Assembly (NCBI RefSeq): GCF_000315625.1
Contig: NW_005434618.1
Location: 145,038 to 209,037, forward strand
Origin: Guillardia theta CCMP2712
Taxonomy: Eukaryota > Protista > Cryptophyta
Direction of reading: 5' to 3'
DNA length: 64,000 nucleotides
A program made the position numbers and the translations under genes. The notes under the pieces were generated by a model that saw only the letters and a program-made list of their open reading frames with translations, had not been told where the DNA came from and did not search any database. The stretch's first letter is position 1. Every line of letters starts with the position of its first letter. Shown here one piece after another: positions 36,796-51,700 of the stretch.

Positions 36796-39700
36796 ATGAT
36801 GCCAAAGCTTGAAATAATCTGCAGGATTCTGATTTTACTCATAGCGTGTGGATTTCGAGGTAAGGTCCCCTTCTGTGTTTTATCAGTAACACTTTATTGC
36901 AGAACTAAGTTGTGTAAATGTTTTCAATATCAATCCTTCAAAGGGGCCACAAACGGGAGGTACTGAAGTGACAATATCTGGGTCTGACTTCCACAGGGGA
37001 AAAACGAGCTGTAGGTTCGGAAGTGGAACAAGTACTGAAACAGCATTATTCTTTAGTGATAGCAAGATATCTTGTGTCAGTCCTCCTTCGGCAGATCTTG
37101 GAGCCGTTTCATTAGAGGTTTCAATTGATAGTTCAGCATCCTTGGACTCGTTTACAAACAGCGGAGTATTCTTTTTCTATCAAGGTAAGATGATTAAACA
37201 TGTTCGTTTGCGATCATGACACCAATGTCTCAGCTTTCCCATCTGTGAACAGTCTTCAACCTTCTGCTGGTCCGCAATTGGGAGGAACTCAAATCACTTT
37301 GAAAGGGGATGGATTTGAGAATGACCAGGATTCCTTCTGCCGATTTTTGCTCGCGGAGAACAATTACATAGCAGTCCCAACCAGATGGCTTGGTCCATCA
37401 GAGATCATTTGTACTTCTCCAACTTCGGATAATGTTGGACTTGTAACCATAGATGTCACAAACAATGCTTTGGACTTTTCTGTAACGAGCGTTTTTTTCG
37501 CTTACAGACTTCCAGAAAGTATTGGTTTCATTGTTCCTTCTCTGGGACCTATCTTGGGTGGGACAAACATATCTGTATATGGACGGAACTTCGTGAATTC
37601 GGATTCCTTAGCTTGTAAATTTGGAAATATCATAGCAAAAGCCAACTTCGTAAATGAATCATGTATCATTTGTTTTTCTCCATCTCTCTCAGAGGGGATC
37701 TGGATTGTTGAGGTTTCGAACAATTTGGTGGATTTCTCGAACAATTTGGTGGATTTCAAGGTTTATGCTTTGATTGACATAGAAGAAATCTATCCTCTTG
37801 CACTTGACCGTTCGATCAAGGATTTGAAAATAGTTTCTTCTCCTTTCATTCCTCCGTTGGATTTTGTACAGTGCAAATTTGATTCGTACATTGTGAATGG
37901 AACGTTCTCTGGCACCTTCTGCATTTCATATGTGGGGTCAATTTGTAATCTGTCAGGGTTTGTATCCATTGTTTGTCCAGTTCCTTATAGTCAACTTATG
38001 GCAACGAGAATACAGCTGGAATATTCCTTGGATGGTCACACGTTCCTTCCTACAGGAGTAAGTCTTGCAGTGCGAGAAGTGACGAATGGCACCTTGTATA
38101 TACAGCCCACGTTTGCGTTTCAGAGGTATGCTCCTTTTTGACATTTAGGTTTCTGACATTTCATTAGTGGCATTCCGGTGACCATCAGTGGGATATCTGG
38201 CTTAGTTTTCCCACCGACTTCATGCAAATTTGGCAACGCTATTTCTCCTGTCGTTCGATACATGAATTCTGATGAAATTGTTTGTATTGCTCCTGATTGC
38301 TATCACACAGAATGCATGGCTGGAGTGCAAGTCTATGTACAATTACCGTTTGAATCCAATCATATTTTGGTGTTGGAATCCTTTTATTACATCTCCGAGC
38401 CACTCATCATATCCGTGCTTCCTTCAGAGGGACCAGATGCAGGTTCTAGTGAAGTCCTTCTGTACGGGATGGGATTTCCGGCATACGAAGGAGGAGGTTG
38501 CTACTTCAACAACACATTCGTAAAAGCTGTGATGCAGTCCAGTTCGTTGTGGAAATGTATTTCTCCTCCAATGGCACCAGGGCAGATTGAACTTTCAGTA
38601 GGGTTTGATTTTATGAAAAGCGTCGAAGGCTCAACAGAATTTCACTACTATAGATCTCCAATCATATTGGAAGCAGCGCCTAGTACAGGTCCAACGACAG
38701 GTTCAACAATTGTATCAATTTCAGGGTCAGATTTCTATTTCTCGTATCATTTGAAGTGTAAATTCAATGGCGCAGAAATTGAAGCTACATGGATATCGAA
38801 CTCATTGCTGAAATGCCAATCAATACCTTCTAAAAGGCCTGGAATTGTCCAGATTCAAGTTTCATTCAATGGATACGATTACTTGACGAATGAAATGTCC
38901 TTCTTATATTTTCAAACACTGAATTTGATGAAAGTGATACCATCTGTTGGCATCGAGGGGATGGAATCAACGATTACTCTTGTCGGGCAGGCCTTCAGCT
39001 CCTCTCTGTTTTTGTCTTGCAAATTTGTTCAAGGTGCCAAAACATTGTATTCAAGGGCTATGGTAATATCATATTCACTTTGTGTCTGTAAGGTTCCACA
39101 ATATCCTCCTGGGATGATCAATCTTGCACTTTCGAGCAATTTTGCAGACTTAGCAAGCAGTAGCCTTCTGTTCCACGTTTTTGGACTACTGGAAATACAA
39201 TCAATCTATCCCACGATCATTGCATCCGAGGGTGGAAGTTCAATCACTGTCTTTGGTTCGAATTACGACCGTAACATTTCTTGTTGCATGTTTGAGGTTT
39301 TTCGTCAAACCGCAAATATCTTGTCTTCGTCTATGGTCGTGTGTGCAGCTCCGACCACTTGGCCAGGAAAGATTTCAGTATCTCTGTCTCATAACTGCAA
39401 AGACATCGCTAGCTATCAGTACACTGTTCAAGCAATACGGAGTCCACAAATCATCAGTCTTAAGCCGACTTTAGGACCGGTCCAAGGAGGAATCTCCATT
39501 TCGATCTCTGGAATCTATTTCGATTCCTTTTCTGTTTGCTGCTTTGAAAGGTCTTGCAATCCAATCACTTTCTTAACTTCCAGCTTTCTCAATTGCTTAT
39601 CTGTTCCGAGCTCTCCAGGGAGTATTCAGGTCTTCATAAACACAAGCAACATCATTTCCAACAGTTTCCTTTTTGTTGCATTTGTCGAACCTCAAATTGT

Positions 39701-42700
39701 GAATGTTATTCCAACGTTAGGAATTCCTTCTACTGCTCTGCATGTCACCTTGACTGGAAACGAATTCCAAGAATCACGAACTTCTGTTTGCAAGTTTGGG
39801 TGTTGCACGTCACTTGTTGCCAAGATTTTATCGTCCAGTCAGGCTATATGTTCTATACCTCCATTGGCGTCTGGCGAATACGCTGTTGAATACACGAATG
39901 ATGGTATACATTTCAGCCAAAGTGGGTTTCTCTTCATGATTTTGAAACCACCATATCTGACAAGTGTCAGCCCGACATTTTCTTTTACGTCTCAAAGTGT
40001 CATGGTGTCAATGATTGGAATAAATTTTGTTCCTGACATCTTCAGTTGTAGATTTGGAAACAAGGATGTCATGGAAGCAAATTTTCTCTCTTCTAGCAAA
40101 TTACTTTGTATCAGCCCAATCGTACATGTTCCACAATCGATCTATGTAAGCCTTTTAGTCTATAATTCCTCGACTATTCATGGTCAAAGTAGTTTTGAAT
40201 TCATGTGCAATCCTGCTCAAATTTCGATCAGACTCAACGGAGCATCACAAATTATTTCACTAGTGGGGCAACATTTTGAAAAAGATAGAGTTTTCTGTCA
40301 ATTCAATTCTCTGGATGTTCAATCTGAATTTGTTTCCAGCAACCTTGTGTTATGCCAAGTACCAGGGAACACTGTCGGGGATGCCGTCTTATCGGTAACC
40401 TCGAAAGGGAATTGTTTGGGAGCCGAAATTCTCCATATAGATGCACCTCAAATTGTATCTTTAATGCCATCCGTATCGCCGTTGTCTGGTCAAAGGAACA
40501 TTACTGTTACGGGGTTTAGATTTCACTCTCAGAATTCCCGAATGTGTCTCTTTGGAAAATTGTCATCTCCAGCTGAAGTGTTGACTTCCTCTTTGATCTT
40601 CTGTACAACCCCAGCGCATTCCCAAGGCTTGTATGATTTCCAATTGTTCGATCGAAAAAATGCATCGTCTAACAAACTTTCGATCTTATATACTGATGTA
40701 GAGGAAATTTTTGAAATCCAGCCTTCAATTTCTTTGCTGTCTGGAGGAAGTTTGATTACTCTGTTTGGAGCAACAATCCCAGTCTACACATGTCATTTTC
40801 AAAGTCTGGCATCAAATGCCTCATTCCTTGATGATGAAAACTTTGTCGTGTGCGTGTCTCCTGCAAGCAAATTGACAGGGTCGGTAACCCTTTCCATATC
40901 TGCTGGGACTGGGCCTGAAGAAAAATCATTTGCGTTTTGGTATATCAGCCCAATTCAATTAAGCAAAGTCAATCCAATCAGCAGTCCTGTCCAGGGTGGT
41001 CAAATTGTGAGCATTTATGGAGATTTTGCTCCAATATTGAATTTACAATTCAGTTGTGTGATTGATTCTATTGAAATTGTCGCAGAGAGGCTCTCTAATT
41101 CTTGTATTATTTGCAGTACACCCTCCCATACTCCGGGATTGGTCAATGCTGAGATAGTGGTTCAAAACAACGTCAGTATTGCAGCATTCTTCTTGAAGTT
41201 TTACGAACCATTTTATGTAGACGACTTTTCCCCCAAATTCGGAACAACTTATGGAGGGTTGAGAATCAGTATTCGAGGCGTGTTTGATTCTGCCGAGTGC
41301 TATTGCTTGTTTGGTGCTGGCCCCATTGTCCAATGCAGCACGGTGGAGAAAGCTGTTGCAGAGTGTATTACACCTCCCAGTTCCGAACAAAACATCACAA
41401 TCAGAATTTCTCCTGACAGAGTTGCTTGGACTATCGTGGGAATTTTTCAATTTGTGGACTTCGGGCAAGATGCTTCTATTCATCCTTCTGTTGGATATTG
41501 CACTGGAAACACACAAATACAAATACGCTTATCAAATCGATTTGACAACATTTCAGACTTGAGTGTCTACTGTTCATTTCCCCGTATTGCAGTTGTAGAG
41601 AAAGGCAAATTCAGCTCTCAATCATTGGTGACATGTTCAATTCCAGGTCCTTTCATTGGGAAACAAAATTTCAATGTTTTCAGCGAGAGATTCAACTTCA
41701 ACAAAACTTTTTCATGCCTTCCACTCCCAAGAGTGACGCACATTCGACCCTCGACAGGTTCAACGAATGGAATGACACAGATATATTTACGCGGTGAAAA
41801 TTTTGTAGATGGAATGTCATGCCGATTTGGAGATGTTGGGACGGTGAATGCAACTTGGATAGACGATTTGACGATTGCTTGTATTTCTCCACCCTCCATG
41901 ACATTCGCGATCGTTCAGATTCAAGTAGGTCATCCTTCGCTACTTCTACATCCTACGTCAAATGGACAGATCTCAATTTTTGTGTATGAACCTGAAGCTT
42001 TGCTAGATTCTGTATTCCCTCGCTTCATTGCTGTGTCTCCACGCAGCACCGCAATCACCATGGTTGGAAGTAACTTTGCAGCCAGGGACGAACTTTCATG
42101 CATTATACGAAACCAAGAAAAAATTAACGCGATGTATATTTCTTCAAGTTTGGCGGTTTGTTTAGTTTCAAGCATGAAAGAAAATTCTATCAATGTTCAA
42201 GTCAGCAATAACGGAGTTGATACAAGTTCTCCTTTTGTTCTATACTCCTTGTCCAATCCATATGGCAAGGTGTTCATCAACCCAAGTCAGGGAAGCACTG
42301 AAGGTGGTACAGATATTGAAGTCAGCTTTCTCTTCACTGTTGAAAATTCCACTCATTTGTTTTGTATGATTGACCAGGTGATACTTCCCCTTAATTTTGC
42401 ATCCACAAGCACAGCGATTTGCAAGAGTCCTGCTCACTTTCAACCAGGACAAGTTGAGCTCAAGATAGTGGATGATGGAGGGTTTATATTTCATTCATCC
42501 TATTATGAATACTTGACGACTCCTGCGATCAATGAAATCCTCCCAAAGATTGTGTCCGTAAGAGGTGGTCAGGTGATCACAGTGTATGGTCAACACTTTG
42601 TCCCACAGCTATTATGTCAGGTAGGCAACTTTTCCATTGCAACATTCTTTGAGACATCGACAAAAGTAGCGTGTACAACTCCTTCTGCTTCAACTCCCGG

Positions 42701-45700
42701 ATTTTCTACTCTTTATTTGCTAATGGAAAAAGATAGCAATTATTTCAAGGCCAATTCACCATTTCAGTACTCGCAAGATGCTAGTATATTTCGGGTGAAG
42801 TCTAGCTCGAATCCTATCGGCACATTTGCTTCAACATTCACGGTTGTTGGAAGGAACTTCAGAGATAATGACAACCTCAACTGTGTCCTGGGCGGACATA
42901 GTAAAACTCAAGCTCGACTTTTGACCTCTTCATTAGTTTTGTGTCAAAGTGACCAGCCTCGTCTATCTAGCATGGTCTTGGTGTCTTTGGAAGGAATTCC
43001 TCTCGATCCCAAGTTCCAGTGGTGTAGCATGACTGTGAGCAGGAGGAGATCAATAACGCCTATAGGGCCATCTTGCGGACCAGTGTCAGGTGGAACTTAT
43101 ATCGAGTTCGACATGCCCAACTTGACAAACGAAGAGAGAGTTCTCTGTTTTTTCGGCGATCGAGATTCTCCAGCGATCGTTGTTCCCCCTAGCACGTTCT
43201 TCTGCAGATCTCCTCAATACGAGGACTCTTCATTTGTTTCGCTTCAAGTGTTCTCAAGTGCTGATAAGACAGTTTTTGAAAAGATCACCTTCGAATTCTA
43301 CCCAGACCCTTTCGTATACTACCTTCTACCGTCATTTGGACCTTCAAATAGGCACATGCAGATAACTGTTATCGGCAAGAATTTTCGGCCAAAGTTTTCA
43401 TGCTCCTTTGGGAAGAGTCTCTCTTCTCAAAAACATCTTTTTCAGTCTTCCTCCAGTATTATTTGCTTTATGGAAAAGGCAAATACAAATTCTTTTGCGA
43501 TTGAAATCAGTCTCAATGGACGTGACTTCACATCAAACAACAACATGTTTGTTTCTATTGATTTGTGTCAATTGTTTTCCGTCTCAGACCTTATAAGCTT
43601 GGACGGTTCTAGGCAGATGATTATTGTTGGACAAAACTTCACTAAGAATACTGAGATGGATTGCATTCTTGGAAAGAACATTTTTACCAAAGCAGAAGTG
43701 CTTAGTTCTTCTCTAATCAAGTGCAGCGCGGCAGGGTTGCCTGTTGGGAATTTTTCTGTAGCTTTGTCATACAAAGGATTCATCTTGAGCTCTAATTCAC
43801 TCAGATACGAATCTACCTTGAAAATGTTGAAGCTTGAAAGGCTCTATCCAAGCCATGGTCCCGTGAATGGTGGAACTCGCATTTACCTGTATTTGGGAGT
43901 GGGAGAATGTCTTACAAATTTGCAAGTTCAATTTATGTCCAACCAGATTCGATGCAAATGCGTGAATAGAACGGTTGCAGAATGTCTAGCTCCTCCTTCG
44001 CTGCGTGCAGGGATTATGAATCTGACCCTATTTTCCGAAAAGCATGATTTGTTTCTGCAAAATGCATTTACATACTACGCAGAACCCATTTTAAAAGCAA
44101 TAATCCCATCATCTGGATTGCCAAACTCACCAAACCTCATACAAGTGTATGGATCTGGCTTTCATGGTTCTGATATAGCACTTAAAGTGGGAGATATTAT
44201 GTTCAACAATTCCTACATCAAAATGATATCGTCTACAATGTTGGATTGCTCATTACCGGGATTTTCAGGGAAATTTCTCGAATCATACCCAGTGAGGATC
44301 AGTTTGAATGGCGGATCAGATTTTTCTACACAATTCATGACATACTCTTTATTGCCTTCTCCTGTGATTCACTCAGTAGTTCCTCAAATGGTTGAAGCAG
44401 TCAGTGACTCGTATTCAACCTCAATAACTTTGCAAGGAGCTGGTTTTGTTCGTGAAATTTCGTATTCCTGTGTTTTTCGAGGCCGAATTCGGACAAAAGG
44501 TTTATTTGTCAGCTATCATGCTATCCGTTGTGGAATTCCTCGTGACATAAATGGAGTTGTCTCCGTGGGGCTGGCAGTAGCGCACAGCCACGTACTGATC
44601 GGCGAATCTCGCCTCACAATTCTCAGGCAAGTCGATCGAATTTCAATTTCTCCTTCCTTCGGTCCGATCGGTGGAGGAACGGTCATTTACGTTCTTGGAT
44701 TTGGCATCTATCCTTCTTACTCAAAGCTCAGAATAAGAATTGGCAACCAAATTGTCCAAATGGATAAAAATTTCTCTTTTGTTTCTCCAGCAGTTCAGGG
44801 GCCAGGAAGGGTACAAATAGAGATTGTGCATTCGATTACTACTTCTTATGCAATAATGGATTATGATTATATTTTGAATCCTTCTATTGCAAAAGTCCTC
44901 CCAGACTTCAATTTTGTCAATCAACGGTCTGCGGTACAATTGATTGGGGAAAACTTCATCGATTCTCCTTCTACAATTTGTAAGTTTTGTGATTTTGAAA
45001 TTGTTGAAAAAGATCTGCAATTTCATTCCTCTTCTCTTATCATCTGTATTGCTCCTCGGCTGTCTTCGCCTGATATTTGTCCTATCACGATCAGTTTCGA
45101 TGGTGGCTTTAATTTCTTGGCACAAGCCAATGTTTTTAAAATTTTGCCTTTGCCACATGTGTTGAAAATACGCCCGAAATATGCGTTCGGCGACAGCACA
45201 CAATTGGTAACAATATTTGGAATGCATTTTCCATCCACGCATAACATCGAATGTTTGTATGGACAAAATGATTCAACTCGTGGAATTCATTACTCATCAT
45301 CCACCGTGATTTGCTATCTTCCAACTTCTTCTCCAGAAAATGTTCAGATATCCTTAATCTTTGATAGCGTCAAATTTACAGACAGGAAGTTGGTGATTGG
45401 TACTCTGAGTCGTGCATCGTTTACTATCAATCCTTCGAGTGGTCCAATTAACGGAGGAACGGTCATAACGATATTCCCGAGGTATTCCTGGATCTCAAAT
45501 TTCTTGAAATTTTGTGTTTTGAACAACCAGCTTATTTCGATATCAGAGGTCAACATGAAGTTCCAATGCATAAGTCCGTACAGCCTCTATCCAGGTGTAA
45601 CCACCCTACATGTCTGCAGCCAACGAAATAATTGCTTACAATACCAATATGAATTCCTTCCAGAGATTCAAATATTCAGCTTGCATCCAAGTTTTGGTAT

Positions 45701-48700
45701 GTGGGAACAATCGTGTTTGGTAACAATTGTAGGAAGTCATCTTGACATCAAGGGAATGAATATATTTGTAAATTCAAGGAGATTGAATACTTCCTCTCTC
45801 AAAGTAGTGACTTCATCGAAGATTCTTGGTGTCATCCCATCTTCACGAAATTTCGAGCAAACTAAGATTTCTGTTTACTCCACGGACATGGTCGAATTAC
45901 ATAGCTTCGCTTTTTCATACCAACAAGCAGCAATCATTGAACGAGTTTCTCCATCAATTGTCCAATCCTTTGAATCTAGTACGTTGACTGTCTATGGAAA
46001 CTTTTTCCACAACTCTAGAGAACTTCTCTGCGTTTTTGGATTTGGTCACAAAGTCGCAGCGCACTTCCTTACCTCCACCTTGGTCACATGTACTACCCAA
46101 CCTTTTGTGAACGGATGTGTATCCCTTCGGATGCAAAACGTCTTATATGACGTAAGCATGAAAGGTAAACAAGTCTGTTTTAGACAGAGATTAAAAGTTT
46201 TCAACATTCATCCTACAAGCAGCTGCTTCGCTGGCGGAACAAAGATATCAGTGCAGTTGAACAGCGCTTTTGAAGATTTTAACGGAATTCAATGCCACTT
46301 TGGAAGGTTGGTTTCGGAAGCTACTCTAGTGAATGGATCTACAATTGAATGTATAGCCCCATCTTCGCATCAATCATTCTCCGTCGATGTCAGACTTTCT
46401 AAAAATTCCTTATACCTAGATGGGCATTTCAAGTTTGAATACATCAGAGCACCTCAGATTTTTGGAATATATCCATCCTGGAGTACAACATTTGGAAGGA
46501 CGATTGTACAGGTCAATGGAAGATACTTTACAAAAGAAAGTATGGAAATTGCTCTTGGGAACACACTTCTTAACTCCAAGAGTCTTACTTTCCTTACTTC
46601 CACTGTCATCAAAATTGTTGTTCCAAGCAGCAACGGAACATTGGGAATAACCAGTCTCCAGATCTGTAACAAGTTTTGTCCAGATAGCAAAGAAATCACT
46701 GATTTTGAGTATGTTTCAGAGATCCAAATCACAGGGGTAATTCCGTCGTTCTCTGATGGGCAGGGACATGTTGTGACAATTCAAGGGAAAAATTTCAATA
46801 CAAAACTTGAATATTGTTGCAAGTTTGGTGCATCATTTGCAACGATAAGTAAAGTATTGACTGATTCAGTGATGACTTGTTATTTTCCGAGTATGAGTGA
46901 GGGTACTATGGTCAGGGTCCAGATCGGTCCAGCATGTCAGTTTGTGACAACAAGTCATCTATGGATCAGCGTAAATATTCCCGAGCTCTTGATTGACATT
47001 TTCCCCACTCTTGGACCAATGAAAGGTGGAACTCTCATTCACTTGGTGCTGCCTGAACCAAAAGTCTCGATTGATTTCAGTAAGGGCATATGCAGTTTTG
47101 GAAATCATTCCACTTCGATTGCAATTATCAAAAATATGCCTGTCTGTGGCTCAACTCCAGATGTGCTTACACCACAACGTAAAACCCTTGTTGCTGCGTT
47201 GTCTAACTCTAGGATGCGTTTGAGAGCCAAAACAGGTTTTCTTTTCTATGAAGACCCAAACATTTATTCCATTTATCCCTCCATCGTTAAAAGCCATGGT
47301 GGCCAGATTGTGAGCGTCTACGGCACTGGCTTTCGGCAAGGAGGGATTTCGTGTGGATTTGGCAGCGGCTTCTCCATAGCAGCTGGCCGATGGCAATCTT
47401 CTAGTCTAGTACTATGCTTCACCATACCCTCTAACCAAACTACAACAAGATCGCTGGAGATCAGCTTGAATGGAGGGTATGACTTCACTGATAGCGGTGC
47501 AGAGATACTATACGAGGACGGAGCTGTCTTGACAGGTGTGAGCCCTTCGAGAGCGATGAGCGATACGCCCAACCAGGTTGTCACCATTTCCGGAGACTCT
47601 TTCAAGCAAGGCTGTCGACATGTCTGTCACTTTGGAACAAGTGCAGAAACGCGTGCTGTATATCTCACGTCATCCAGCTTGGTATGCTCCGTGCCAAGGA
47701 GCAAGCCGAGCACTGTTTTGTTGACAGTAGCTCAGGATGGGTTGAAGAGTGAGGAAGGGGTTTGGTTTGTTTACGAGCATTATCATTCAGCTGACTTGAG
47801 CCCGAGCACTGGGTCATCCTTGGGGGGCACAGAAGTGACGGTTCGGAGCAACACGCTTCAAGACACCTATACGGAAGGAGGCTGTTGGTTTGGCAGTGCG
47901 TATGTGCCAGGACGCATCGTTGCTCGTAACAGTCTTGTCTGTGTCAGCCCACAGTACCTTGGCAACGACAAAGTGGTAGGGGTGAAGGTCATGCTGCACC
48001 GAGCGGAAGGAGGAGATGTGTACCTGGATACGAGTTTCGCATACAGGGTTCCGGCGTTGACTGATAGAGTTACTCCGACCGTGGGATCGAAGAACGGAGG
48101 TACTTCTGTGCTCGTTGTTGGATCCAACCTAGAGCCATCACATAGATGCCTGTTCGGCGGAGTTGAGGCAGCCCGTTCCCAGCTGATATCATCATCGGCT
48201 CTTGAGTGTTTTACACCTGCATCAAGCTTTGTTGGACGTGTTGTTGTACAAGTGAGCCTTGACGGCAGTATAGAAATGTCTGCCATGAAGCTGAGCTTCA
48301 CATATGCACCTGATGCAACGGTACACTTTGCGAACATGGGCTCGATGGTATATCAGAGTGTTGTGGTTCTGACTGGAGAGCACTTTCAGGACAGCAATTC
48401 ACTGACGTGCAAATTTGGTGGATCCAAATCAGTACTTGGTTTATATCAGACTTCAACCCTGGTGCAATGCTCTGTGCCGATGCTTGATACTGGCACATAT
48501 GCTGTCGGAATCAGTAACAATGGAGTAGATCGCGGAGTAGGTGCTGCAGTGGTCCAGTATAGGAATGCGATACAGATCTTTGATGTAACTCCTAGCCAGG
48601 GATCACTGTCAGGAGGAGGGCAGATCACTGTCCATGGAAGTGGTTTTCCTACACAAGATGGCCCCGCGTTGTGCTGGGTAGACCAGGTGTCTTCAGTTGC

Positions 48701-51700
48701 GATCGCTCAGCATTCGTCGCATGTGGTATGCATATTACAAGGACGGCAAGAGGCTGGTGTTGTAGACGTCTACTTGCAGTGGGGACGAGTAGCTGGGAGG
48801 AGTACTCATGTTCTATTTGAATATATCAATCCTGCGGAAATCGTGGGCATCATGCCGAGTGTCGGGAGCCTCAAGCCACGTTCAGGGTCAAGGGTAACTG
48901 TCATTGGGTCAGGCTTCGACGCGGGAGTGGGGCTGCGATGTCGATTTGGTAACGCGAATTGTACAAGGTCCGCAGTGAAGTGGGTAACGTCCAGTCTAAT
49001 ACAGTGCTTGGTACCCGAACAATCTGTGCCGGGACCTGTAGAAGTGAAAGTCAGCAATGATGGAGGGAGAGAGTACTCGACAAACGGACCAGCTTTTCTT
49101 TACGAGGACCCCCCTTCTGTACACGGGATATTTCCAAAAGTCATCAGGCCAGGGGTCTCACATCAAAGCACGATATCTGTGATTGGGAAGCTTTTCAAGA
49201 ACGTACCAAATTATGTAGCGTGTCTCTATGGCAGTAATAGTATCATACAGGGGGATTACATCTCATCGACACTCATTGTCTGCCAAACACCGAGAAATGT
49301 CAGTGGGACAGTGGCTGTTGCGGTCAGGACAGGTTGGCATGGGTTTGTGTCGGGGCCAGGATGTTTTGTGTCTGTGCTAGGAGCTCAATCCTTCATGATT
49401 CAACCTACCTCTGGCCCATTGAGTGGAGGGACCCTTGTAACAATTACTGGGATCCACTCCGGCATGTATGATACAACAGAAGAAATCTGCTGTTTCTTTG
49501 GGCACAACGGTACGAAAGTCACTTTGCTAAGCACTTCAGCCGTCCTTTGCACAGTGCCGGCAAGCTTCAGGTATGGTGTGGTTACCGTGAGTGTACTTAC
49601 GACATGCCGAGCAAGTGGTACCCTTGTGGGCACGAGGCCCTTTCTGTACCTGCCGGCAGTACATGTCGTCGATATCTATCCAAGACGAGGGTCCCAACAT
49701 GGCCGATCATCAATACGAATCATAGGAATAGGCTTCTTGGGAGACCGAGCAAGGTGTAAACTTGGGAATCTGTCTTCTCCCGAGGATGGAACGAGGATTG
49801 TCTCCTCCACTCTCATCGAATGCATTGCTCCTATTTCCGAGGCAATAGGTCAGACCTTGGTCAGAGTAAGCTTGGACGGTGGGCAGACGTTCTCATCAGA
49901 CGAGGTGGTCTTCACATACGAGGCTGACCCGACCGTGCTCTCTCTTCAGCCTTCAACAGCCTACAGCAAGATGAGCAACCAAGTTGTGACTGTCCACGGA
50001 AGGCATTTCACCGACGCCGGAGATCTTCTCTGTTGGTTTGGAGCAGGCCATGTCGTACGCGCTTTGTATGTGTCTTCTGTGAGAGTGCTGTGCTCTATTC
50101 CAGAGCAAAAGCCTGGTATGGTAAGAGTGACTGTGACCAAGGATGGTCATAATAATGCTCCTATCGATGCTTTAGCTTCTGCCTACTTGTTGTATCTGTA
50201 TTACAACAAAGGAATGAACTCTAGATTTACAATCTGGCCGACCAGCGGTCCATCTCTGGGAGGCTCAGTCGTACGACTGGTTGGTATTCAGGACTCACTG
50301 AAGATCTCAACTTGTTTATTTGATTACCAGACGGTCAACGTCGCAGTTTACAACCACAGCATTGCATGTGTATCCCCTGCACATGGAGAAACAGGTTCTG
50401 TCAAAATACAGCTCGTCCCATCGAGTCTATCCTCTCTCTCTGGCGTGGTGGACTTTGATCAAGCCGTGACTTTCTTCTATTATGATGATCCTGTCGTTGA
50501 CAGTGCGTTCTGGGTTGGGCAATCTGGCGGAGGTACGGCCTTCGTCAGTGTACTTGGCAGACATCTCATGGCCAATCACTCCATGTGTCGATTGACTTTT
50601 GAGTCTGGAGACAGCAAGGTACTCCCAGGCACGAGCCAGACTTCCACCAAGATTCTTTGTGTGTCTCCTCCTCTTCCGCAAAGCGTAGGCAGGACTTGGG
50701 TATCGATCAGTTTGAACGATGGTGTAGACTTCACCTCAAGTAACACCCTAGTATCGACAAGCAGCAAGATCGATGTAAAGAGTGTGTGGCCGTCCACAGG
50801 AGGTACAGATGGAGACATGGTGATTACAATCTTTGGTGCGATGTTCTATCCGCGCCAGCATCGTCTTGACTGCTGGTTCGGCTTCCGAGTGAGCACTCCA
50901 GCCCTCTATTCCAGCTCTACTCTGGTCAAGTGTGCCGTGCCGAAGCTCCTTCCCGGTACCGTCGCTGTGTACTTGGGCGATGAGCAGGGCATACATGGCA
51001 ATAGCAACGGTCAATACACGGTCGTAAGTAGGGGACATGTCCATGCAGTCGAGCCGAGCAGCGGGCCGGTGACAGGAGGTACCGCCGTCGTCATGAGCGT
51101 GCGAGGAGGTGCAGGCTTTGCGTCAGCTATCTTCTGTCGTATTGGGGAAGGTCAGGTGGTGCAGGCCCAAGCGCTCAGCAGCTCCAGGATCCTTTGCACC
51201 ATGCCGGCTGTACAGAAGAGCGGGACAGTGCTGATACGGGCAGTAGAGGGAGCCCAAGGGTCGAGTAGGGGCCTTGAGGGAGAAGTGAGGTATGTTTACT
51301 ACAATGAGCCTGTGGTGACTCGCGTGGAGCCAAGCAGTGGCGCTCTGGAAGGGGGTACCATGCTGAGCCTGTATGGGCGGGGGCTGGAAGAAGGCAGCAA
51401 TCTAACGTGCAGGTTCGGGACCGGAGATGCGGTCGCAGGCCGGCAAGAGACTTCTACGATGGCCACCTGTGTTGCACCCCCGCGCCCAGTCAAGGACGTC
51501 GTCTGGTTGCAGGTGAGCCTCAACGGAGGCGCGGACTTCTCCGGATCTGCAGTCGAGTACGCATATGAGGCCGGGGCTACGGTGGACGAGGTGAGGCCGT
51601 CCGCGGGAGATAGCGGGGTCGACGGGCAGACCGTGACGGTGATAGGCCGCCACTTCGGGTCGGGACAAGGGCTGAGCTGCTTGTTCGGGACAAGGGGGCG